Shown here: positions 38,214-47,120 of the stretch, one piece after another
Layout: each line of letters opens with the position of its first letter
Position numbering within the stretch: the stretch's first letter is position 1
Translations under genes and position numbers: made by a program
Notes under the pieces: model-generated
The model's database searches: none
The model's input: only the letters and a program-made list of their open reading frames with translations
Told to the model about the DNA's origin: nothing
Assembly: GCF_004010195.1 (NCBI RefSeq)
Contig: NC_057719.1
Coordinates: 23,135,458-23,182,577 of the forward strand
Reading direction: 5' to 3'
Length of the DNA: 47,120 bases
Source: Chiloscyllium plagiosum
Taxonomy: Eukaryota

Positions 38214-38741
38214 GAGAAAGTGAGGACTACAGATGCTGGAGATCAGAGTCGAGAGTGTGGTGCTAGAAACGTACAGCAGGTCAGGCAGCATTCGAGGACC
38301 AAGAGAATCGACATTTCGGGCATAAGCCCTTCATCAGAAATGAGGCTTGAGGGCCTGGGGCCTGAGAGATAAATGGGAGGGGAGGGGCACTGGGGCCAAG
38401 GTAGCTGAGAATGCGATAGATAGATGAAGTTGAGGGAGAAGGTGATAGGTTGGAGAGGAGGATGGAGCAAATAAATGGGAAAGGTGATGGACAGACAGGA
38501 GGATAGTGCCAAGTTGCAAGCTTGGGATTGTAATAATGTAGGGGGAGGGGAAATGGAGAAACTGGTGAAATCCACATTGATCCCATGTGGTTGCAGGGTC
38601 CCAAGGCGGAATATGAGGCATTCTTCCTGGTAATGGTTTGGCAATGGAGGAGGCCCAGGACCTGCATGTGGTGTTGGAGGAGGCCCAGGACCTGCCTGTG
38701 GTGTTGGAGGAGGCCCAGGACCTGCATGTGGCAACGGAGGA
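38214..38741 (-). mobile_element. 5'-truncated Penelope-like element with reiterated 5' junction
   Basis: EECLIFRLGTLQPHGINVDF; hammerhead ctgatgaagggcttatgcccgaaatgtc (minus, about 38310-38337); exact 15-bp TSD tgctaaagaaattgg at 38199-38213 / 38742-38756. Confidence 0.93.
38639..38741. repeat. 30-bp tandem repeat, about 3.4 copies
   Basis: tggYRWtggaggaggcccaggacctgcMtg at 38639, 38669, 38699, partial at 38729. Confidence 0.95.
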
Positions 38742-38882
38742 TGCTAAAGAAATTGGCAAGGCTGCTCCTGGCAAGGCCTTCTATAACCCTGGCCCATGAT
38801 ATTCTTGCCCAAACTGCTGAAAAAATATAATGAGACCCAATTTTCAATGAGAGGAATGGAAACACACTATGAATTATTTAGC

Positions 38883-39045
38883 GTCAAAATTAGAGCAATG
38901 TTGGAAAAGCACAGCAGGTCAGACAGCATCCGAGGAGCAGGAAAATCGATGTTTCAGGCAAAAGCCCTTCATCAGATTCCAGCTCTTTTCCACCACCACT
39001 CTAACCGTGACTATAATCTGCAGCATCTGCAGTACCCACTTTAGC
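38883..39045. mobile_element. Fold-back Penelope-derived insertion
   Basis: Minus arm ends at cttcatcag; short plus arm with tail; TSD ctatgaattatttagc (38867-38882) / ctatggattatttagc (39046-39061). Confidence 0.9.
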
Positions 39046-40453
39046 CTATGGATTATTTAGCTCCAGGTGAATGATCAGGTCTAGGGAATGTCTTAACTAG
39101 ATTATCAAACATAATGGCAAGTTAATGCACGTTACCTACAGAGAGATAATATGATGGAGACATGGAAGAAGTTAGATGCTAAAACTGCTTTATTTATAGG
39201 AGCTGAAAGAGCACAAGACCCTTGCTAGCTCTCTGTATGAATCAGAATCCGACTTGTCATAGTCTGCCTTATGTCAAAAATCGCCATGTATCTTAAGTGC
39301 CTCTCTGCCAACACTGGAAATAAGTGCAGCACTTCAGATTTATTTTAGCTCTTTTATGACATGCAATGCAATTCAATATTCTTCAAAACGTTCTTCCACC
39401 TGTAAAAACACCTGCTGGTTCTAATTTGCCTGGAGTGCCACGGTAGAAGGAAAGATTTAAGAAGCTTGCAAAGTGGTTGCATTCCCAGTGCTTAACATGT
39501 ATTTTAATTTCAAAATACATTACTGTTGGGAAGTGGCAGAAGATGTGAAATTTTATGCTCTCCTGTATTTATAATGTGATTGTAGCCCATACAAATCATG
39601 GTGGGCCTTCCTGCCACCCTCCTACCTATACCTGACCTGTCTGCAATGTTTCACAGGGTGGCATTGTCTAAGAGAGCGTCTTTGCTTCAGGGGCAAAGTT
39701 GACCTCCTGAAGTGGCTATTTATTGACTGCTGCCAGCCCATCCTCAAGTTAGGATTGTGGCTACCATCTTAAAATATTTTGAGAGCTTCTGGTCTGGTCT
39801 GATACAAGGCCATCTCACTTGTTGCAATCTACATTAATGACTGACATGTGACTTTACCCCGGATTTATGTCTTTTTGCAGTGTGACCAGAGTTACAGTGC
39901 ACTTGCAAGTGGGGAGCCAGTGCAGGAGGGTGTGCAGGTAGGCTGGTGAGAGTCCCGTCCTCAATTCTCAGCAACAGCAGCACAGCTCTTAACGTTGTTT
40001 CAAGGTCTCATAAACCTGACTCCCCAGATCCACATTTCTCCCCTCACCCCCTAACTATGTTTCCATTCTCCACAGCCACTCTCCCTAATATCCATCATGT
40101 AGTCTTCAGACTCCATGCAGCATCAATGGAAAATCTTTCACGTTCTCTGGGGAGAAAAGGCAACCTCTCACCATCCCTTAAAAGCCCCCATCAGACACAT
40201 TATCATTGATACTGAGTGGCATTCTACCATCTGAAAACAAAAACATGGAAATAATTATAATCCTACCAGCTTGCATCAGCAAAACAGAAGAACAAAATCA
40301 GCAGAACATTAAAGAAATTACCTATAATTTTAATTTTTTGAAACTGTCATTCATTCTCAGAAAATGAAACACCCACTGGTTGAAGCCCACTTGAAGTTCA
40401 GCCAAGCTTTCATAATAGCCGCAGCTGTCCAAACATTTGAGATGAAATGTTTT

Positions 40454-40761
40454 GGGTGGCACGGTGGCACAGTGGTTAGCACTGCTGCCTCACAGCGCCT
40501 GAGACCCGGGTTCAATTCCTGCCTCAGGCAACTGATTGTGTGGAGTTTGCACATTCTCCCCGTGTCTGCGTGGGTTTCCTCCGGGTGCTCCGGTTTCCTC
40601 CCACAGTTCAAAGATGTGCAGGTAAGATGAATTGGCCATGCTAAATTGCCCGTAATGTTAGGTAAGGGGTAAATGTAGGGGTATGGGTGGGTTGCGCTTC
40701 GGTGGGTTGGTGTGGACATGTTGGGCCGAAGGGCCTGTTTCCACACTGTAATGTAATCTAA
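40454..40761 (+). mobile_element. HE1-type SINE, full length
   Basis: A box at 40465-40475, B box at 40509-40519, central domain, CR1-like tail gggccgaagggcctg...gtaatctaa. Confidence 0.95.
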
Positions 40762-40959
40762 AAGCACAAAAAGTATTTGTATCAATTTAAAAGCAGGTTG
40801 TTTGTCAATCAATGGATGGAGAAGACATTCATTTTAGTTTAAGTGGCTAAAGCATGGTTTCTTTATCAGCGTAAACTGACTCTCTATTTAAATCATTCTG
40901 TACTTAAATTAAGACTAAAACTAGAGTTTAAGAGACTAGAACAGTTTTAAAGTAAGTTG

Positions 40960-41862
40960 CCTTCCATTTAAGATGGTGATTAAGAGAATTTTTTTTATAT
41001 CTCAGAGGACAATGAGTCTTAGAACCCCATTCCCCAGCAAGCAGTAGGTACAGAACCATTGAATATTTTAGTTTATAGGTTTAAATGGTCTGATCGAAGA
41101 GTGGTCGATAAAGACTGAAATAAGGTAGTCATTATGACCAACAAATGAAATGTGAAGATGAAGATGAGACAGTCATTGTGACCATGGGGGCAGATTTTGT
41201 TATTGAGATTATATCCAATCAACAATACTAGGAAAACTAACAGTTGTAACCTGGTTAACCCCATCAGTGCGTATAGGATTAAGAGTTAGTCCCATTGGGA
41301 CTATAGAGACGTGTGAAAGTCCATATTAGTTTGGACCATCAGAAACAGTTGCACCTCGCCTTGGGTGGCTGTCAGGAGCTGTTTCATCATATGGATTTTA
41401 ATGAATTAGGGCATTCACTAAATAGGCACCTGACAAAGATTCATCAGTTTGTCATAAATCCTCGGTTTCTGGGGGCTTGGCAAATTGTGTCCTCCCGGTT
41501 CCCATGTCCATGTCCAGTCATTCCATCCAGTGGCGATGCTCTGCATGTTAGGTGTTTCCATCTGACGGTCCAGTTCAATCTGTTTTTCCCTGGTCTGTAC
41601 TAGTCTACCTGATAAAGGAGCAGGTCTCTGAAAGCTTGTATTTTCAAATAAACCTGTCGGACTATAACCTGGTGTCGTGTGATTTCTGATTTTTTTTAAA
41701 AGTAGAGGCAGTTTTTTTTGACTAACAAGAAAGTCAAAAAGGTATCCATGACATGCAGGAAAGTGGAGTTGAGGCCTGAACCAAATAAACCATAATCTAA
41801 CCGAATGGAGAAAGAGGCCTTGGGGGTGAATAGTCCAATTATGCTATTAATTCATGTGTTCA
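40960..41862 (+). mobile_element. Decayed CR1 3' end split by an insert at about 41073-41692
   Basis: 'agagaattttttt...cattgaatatttta' resumes as 'aaagtagaggcagttttt...ggaaagtggagttgaggc'. Confidence 0.65.
41604..41692 (+). mobile_element. Penelope-derived fragment (family C) starting at the hammerhead
   Basis: tac-CTGATAA-A-GGAGC...GAAAGCTT-gta followed by aaataaacctgtcggactataacctggtgtcgtgtga. Confidence 0.8.
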
Positions 41863-42067
41863 TAGGCGCATAGCTTGAAAGGTGACAGGACAGGCAGAAA
41901 TCTTTTTAAACTTTACACTACATTATGACACTATTTCCATCGGAAAAGTATTACAATACATGTGCAAATTTATACACAGTTCTAGTCATTATAAGGGTGA
42001 ACTTATACTTTTGCAGAGCAAATTTTCAGATTGAATCACTGCAGTAAAAAATATGATACATAATATT

Positions 42068-43454
42068 TGAACATAGATCATAGAAAAGTACAGCACAGAA
42101 CAGGCCCTTAGGCCCACGGTGTTGTGCCGAGGGTTAATTCTAATGTAAAACATAGTAACTTAACCTACACACCCCTCAACTCACTGCTATCCATGTGCAT
42201 GTCCAACAGTTGCTTAAATGTCCCCAGTAACTCTGCTTCCACCACCACCGCTGACAACGCATTCCATGCATTCACAACTCTCTGCATAAAGAACCTACTT
42301 CTGACATCTCCTTTATACCTTAGAACATAGAACATAGAAGAATACAGCACAGTACAGGCCCTTCGGCCCTCGATGTTGCGCCGATCCAAGCCCACCTAAC
42401 CTACACTAGCCCACTATCCTCCATATGCCTATCCAATGCCCGCTTAAATGCCCATAATGAGGGAGAGTCCACCACTGCTACTGGCAGGGCATTCCATGAA
42501 CTCACAACTCGCTGAGTAAAAAACCTACCCCTAACATCTGTCCTATACCTACCCCCCCCTTAATTTAAAGCTATGCCCCCTTGTTCCTAATATCTTCAAA
42601 CTATGACTCCTCATACCAGTCAATCCTGCCCTAGGGAAAAGTTTCTGGCTATTGACTCTATCTATTCCACTCATTATCTTGTATACATCGATCAGGTCTC
42701 CTCTCTTCCTCCTTCTCTCCAAAGAGAAAAGTCCGAGCATATTCAACCTTTCTTTATAAGGCAAGCCCTCCAGTCCAGGCAGCATCCTGGTAAACCTTCT
42801 TTGCACCCTCTCCAAAGCCTCTGTATCTTTCCTATAGTAGGGCGACCAGAACTAACCACAATATTCCAAGTGCGGTCTCACCAGGGACTTGTAGAGCTGC
42901 AGCAAAACCTCACGGCTCTTAAACTTGATCCCCCTGTTAATGAAAGCCAAAACACCATAAGCTTTCTTAACAACCCTATCCACTTGGGTGGCAACTTTGA
43001 GGGATCTATGCACTTGAACACCAAGATTCCACTGTTCCTCCACACTGCCAAGAATCCTGTCTTTAATCCTATATTCAGCATTCGAGTTCAATCTTCCAAA
43101 ATGCATCACTTTGCATTTATCCAGGTTGAACTCCATCTGCCATTTCTCAGCCCAGCTCTGCATTCTGTCAATGTTGTGTGCAGCCTGTAGTAGCCCTCTA
43201 TACTATAGACAACACCTCCAACCTTTGTATCATCTGCAAATTTACTAACCCACCCCTTAACTCCTCATCCAAGTCATTTATAAAAACTACAAAGAGCAGA
43301 GGCCCAAGAACAGAGCCTTGCGGTACACCACTCAACACTGACCTCCAGGCAGAATACTTTCCATCTACAACCACTCTCTGCCTTCTGTCAGCCAGCCAAT
43401 TCTGAACGCACACAGCCAAATCTCCCTGTATCCCATACTTCCTGACTTTATGAA
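42068..43454 (-). mobile_element. CR1 RT to 3' end, with a second CR1 3' end nested at about 42321-42583
   Basis: ORFs 43198 ([21 protein letters not shown]), 42852 (WAEKWQMEFN), 42549; second (tagaaca)n tail at 42321. Confidence 0.93.
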
Positions 43455-44501
43455 TGACTTTATGAAGTTGTGATGTATTTTACCATTACCTTTCAGAATG
43501 TTCCAGACTCTCCAGCAGGCTTCCCATTTTCTTAAGAAATTCCTAAACCTGCTGTGCTGTTAATGAGTTTCCACAACACTAGACGAAAAATGGTGCAGAG
43601 GAGAAAGATCCAGTTTTCGCCCCACATTTAAAATGGGGCACCAACTTCATCTGGGAAGTTTTAACTTATTCTACAGCAGGCGTTTTTAAAGACCAAAGGA
43701 AAATAGTGAAGAATCAGGTTTGCAGAGGAAATTGGATTTCTTCTGAAATAAAAAAAAATCATAAGATGGTCATTTGCAAACTATAAGGAGTTTCTGCATC
43801 CAGTGAAGTGGACACATCTGACTCTTTGAAAAAAAAATAATGGATCATATCTTTAAATCAGCAAAATCCACAAGGTTTCTTCCTTCATTGTATTTTAACA
43901 TAGCCACATCTTCCAAAATACCTTACGTTGAACACAATCTAACCATAAAATATCAAGATAATATTTCATTCAGTTGGTGTGGCTGCCTTTTGAACAACAC
44001 AATGAAATTACCATTTTATTTTCTGGTCTCAAGTAATGTCCTTTTGTTCCGACAATATAAGTCTTTCTAATATAGCTTTGATTTATGTTTATCGTGAACT
44101 CCGTATGATTAGTCCATTTTATAACTACATTTACTGAAATTTAAAAATTGGGTGACATGAAAAATCTCAACTGAGGCAAGCATGATAAAAAGTGCAATTG
44201 AAATTTAAGTTTCGAATCACCAACCAATTTAGAATTGGATCTTAAAATGTCAGCCCATGAATCAAAATCTACTGCAATGAAATCCAAAATAAATCAGATT
44301 AATGTTAAAATCATTGGAATAAGGTAATATCAAAGAAAAGTGAAGATCAAAATATGTTTCCAGTAGTGTTAGATCACTGACAATTTAAATACTCTTTTCA
44401 CATTATATATTAACAGGAAATACATAGAAAATGTTACCTCTATCGTGAATATCTATCAATAATTTGAAATTTAATATTTAGTGTATTCATCTGTATGTTA
44501 T

Positions 44502-44640
44502 TAAAAATCACACAACACCAGGTTATAGACCAACAAGTTTATTTGAGAGCACTATCTTTCAGAGCGCTGCTCCTTCATCAGGTAGCTGTGTGGGTTTTAA
44601 CTTTGTCCACCCCAGTCCAACATCGGTTCCTCCATATCAT
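44502..44640. mobile_element. Penelope-derived insertion (family C): inverted hammerhead arm plus tail
   Basis: Minus strand CTGATGA-A-GGAGC-AGC-GCTCT-GAAAGATA (44581-44553); flanks tcatctgtatgttat (44487-44501) / tcatctgtgtgtcat (44637-44651). Confidence 0.85.
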
Positions 44641-46016
44641 CTGTGTGTCATCAGAGTTTGGATTCATTCAAGTAAAGTACTCTCACTTTCCTCATCTCAC
44701 AATACATCATCACTATCAAAGACATTTGCTTTAACATAACATTCTGATCTTTATCTATTTTATAGTTTGGAAGAGTAGCAATAGTTACAAAGACCAGAAT
44801 AAGCGACATATAAATTCCATAAGAAAATGAATTACGGAAATGATTTGAGATAGAAGTTGGAATGAGGAAAGCTGCCTTTTCTCTTACCTGGTAACAGCAG
44901 ATATTAACATAATCTATTTACACTTCAGTACTTCAGTTTATATGTAAAACTCTTTTGACTTTCGAATGAAAGGCAAATGGCAAATGGAAACAATTGATTT
45001 TTTTCATTTTCCCTTGTTATATTGTGAAATGATTTGAATAAAATCCATTCAAAGTTGACACTTCTCAAGATCTGAATACTCAGTGTGAATACTGCCAAAC
45101 TAGTGGCAGCCAGAAACTGTACAGTTCCCTTTTTTTTATTATAAACTCCTTATTTGCTGTAACACGATTAAATTTAATGCAACTTGCCACATTAGCTCTT
45201 AGTATGCAAATGCATTTCAGTCCTGCAAACAGCATAAAACATAGGATTACCAATTCCAATGCATCTAATAATTAGGTCATATAGAGACCATTTTCATTTT
45301 GCTTTTACAGTAGAATGCAGGCAAGACGAACTGGGTAATCCCTGGGATGCTCTGCCTTGGAAATATTTCCTTTAAAATATTTTGTATTCCTGTATTTGAA
45401 GATAACTAGTGTGGGATGCATTATAAAGCACAGCATTTTCACTTTATTACCCAGTTTATTATCTTGAGGGAGACCAAAGTACAATTTAAGTCAAAGCGGA
45501 GTTTGAAGCATAGCTGATACAAAACATTAGCTCATGATTGGTCTTTGTTGGTGTCATATGTATAGACATTTACACAAGTTATAGCCCTTTTGTGTTGAAG
45601 TACATATTTCATGGAGCTGCATCTTACCTTATAGGATAAATTCAAAGTTTAATTTTTCCAAATTACTCAAAGTATTTGATATCATAGTGCAAATATGAAA
45701 CCAAAATAACAATTAGTCGAAACAAGAAAGCTAACTTGAGAAAGTTATTTTTTAATAGAAAACTGAAGCTGATGGCTATCATTTCCAGGAAAAAAAACTA
45801 TAAACATTCACCACATTGACAAACCTCTGTTTTCAAATTTCTTTATGTACATGCCTCTCCCTATCTCTGTAGCCTCATTCAAAGTTGCAAACCTTCGAGA
45901 TGTCAGACTGCACAAAACGAATATTATCAGTTCTCTAGTGATAGGTTAGGCGGCTGGGGCTTCCCAGTTGGACACTCTATGACTCATGGAGTAGCACTGA
46001 GGTGGCAAGAGATTTT

Positions 46017-46173
46017 CTTGTGCAGGAGGGAGGGTTTCAGGCTTTTGGATAATTGGGGCTCATTCTGGGGAAGGTGGGGCTTGTACAAACAGGACGGTCT
46101 TCATCTGAACCAGAGGGGGACTAATATCCTGGGTGGGAAATTTGCTGGTGCTATTCGGGTGGGTTTCAACTAG
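46017..46173 (+). pseudogene. CR1 ORF1 C-terminus (SGNH esterase-like)
   Basis: CRREGFRLLDNWGSFWGRWGLYKQDGLHLNQRGTNILG contains the DxxH (DGLH) motif of CR1 ORF1 esterases. Confidence 0.9.
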
Positions 46174-47120
46174 CTCAGGAGGGGGATGGGAACTGGAGGT
46201 GTAGTTGCAGTGCACAGGTGGATGAGAGTAGGAAGGACAGGGACAGGATTTCAGGGTCACAGGAATGTGCTGGCAGATAGCAAAGTGGTTTGAAGTGTGT
46301 CTACTTCAATGCCAAAAATATCCGAAATAAGGTAGGTGAGCTTGCAGCATGGATAGGTACCTGGGACTTCAATGTTGTGGCCATTTCGGAGACATGGATA
46401 TAGCAGGGTGAGGAATGGATGTTGCAGGTTTCAGGGTTTAGATCTTTCATTAAGAACAGGCAAGAGGGTAAAAGAGGGGGAGGTTTGGCCTTGTTAGTCA
46501 AGGATAGTATAACGGTGGCTGAGAACTTTTGATGAGGATTCGTCTACTGAGGTAGTGTGGGCTGAGGTTAGAAACAGGAGAGGAGAGCTCACACTGCTTG
46601 GAATTTTTTATAGGCCTCCGCAGAGTTCCAGGGAGGTGGAAGAGAGGATTAGCAAAATTATTCTGGGTAGGAGTGAAAGGAACAGGGTGGTCATTATGGG
46701 GGACTTTAACTTCCCCAACATTGACTGGAAATGCTGTAACTCTAGAACATCGGATGGATCAGTTTTTGTCCAATGTGTACAGGAGAGTTTCCCGACACAG
46801 TATGTCAAAGGGCTGACAAGAGGGGAGGCCACACTGGATCTGGTGCTTGGTAATGAACCAGGCCAGGTGTTTGATTTAGTTGTAGGTGAGCACTTTGGAG
46901 AAAGTGACCATAATTCAGTTACGTTCAGTTTAGCGATGGAAAGGGATAGGTACATGCCAGAGGTCAAGGGGTATCGATGGAGCAGGAATTAGGATGCATA
47001 GAATGGGGTAGCAAAATGCAGGAGATGCAGACAATGGAAATGTGGAGCTGGTTTAAGGAACAGATATTGCATGTCCTTGATAGTTATGTCCCTGTCAGGC
47101 AGGGAGGAAGTGATAAGGTA
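46174..47120 (+). pseudogene. CR1 ORF2 N-terminus (APE endonuclease), disrupted, runs off the window
   Basis: LKCVYFNA, VAISETW followed by a stop at 46401, GGGLALLVK, GIFYRPP, IMGDFNFPNIDW, TLDLVL, SDHN. Confidence 0.95.

Noticed and set aside
38639..38741. 30-bp repeats as a CRISPR array
   Set aside because: Units abut with no unique spacers, lie inside a Penelope fragment, and the DNA is vertebrate
38243..38865. Long overlapping ORFs including a collagen- or proline-rich GPGPPPTP repeat
   Set aside because: Produced by the 30-bp repeat read through Penelope sequence in alternative frames
40454..40530. tRNA gene (A and B boxes); likewise at 17025, 33073 and 34004
   Set aside because: SINE heads continuous with the HE1 body and tail
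42603..43190. 195-aa ORF, the longest in the track
   Set aside because: Antisense to CR1 ORF2; no independent protein signature

Overview
Eukaryotic, repeat-dense, apparently non-coding (intronic or intergenic) DNA from a cartilaginous fish. HE1-type SINEs and shark-style CR1 3' ends point to a shark; an orectolobiform is a guess from recalled repeat sequence. No host protein-coding exon, tRNA/rRNA gene or CRISPR array can be supported, and every recognisable ORF is a retroelement fragment. Contents: many decayed CR1 LINEs, Rex1/Babar LINE pieces, three or four SINE families, two LTRs, a probable Tigger-like MITE and about 14 Penelope-like element (PLE) remnants. The most interesting signal is in the PLE remnants. 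They carry minimal type-I hammerhead ribozyme motifs of three sequence families with covarying helix II. Several are fold-back insertions with 12-16 bp target-site duplications, and their truncation or inversion points cluster at the ribozyme 5' edge. One fold-back PLE has an ERV-like LTR exactly at its inversion junction. PLE hammerheads are already known; the breakpoint clustering, arm-symmetric variant and LTR placement are inferences that need testing. Family names come from memory, not a database search, and boundaries of old repeats are approximate.
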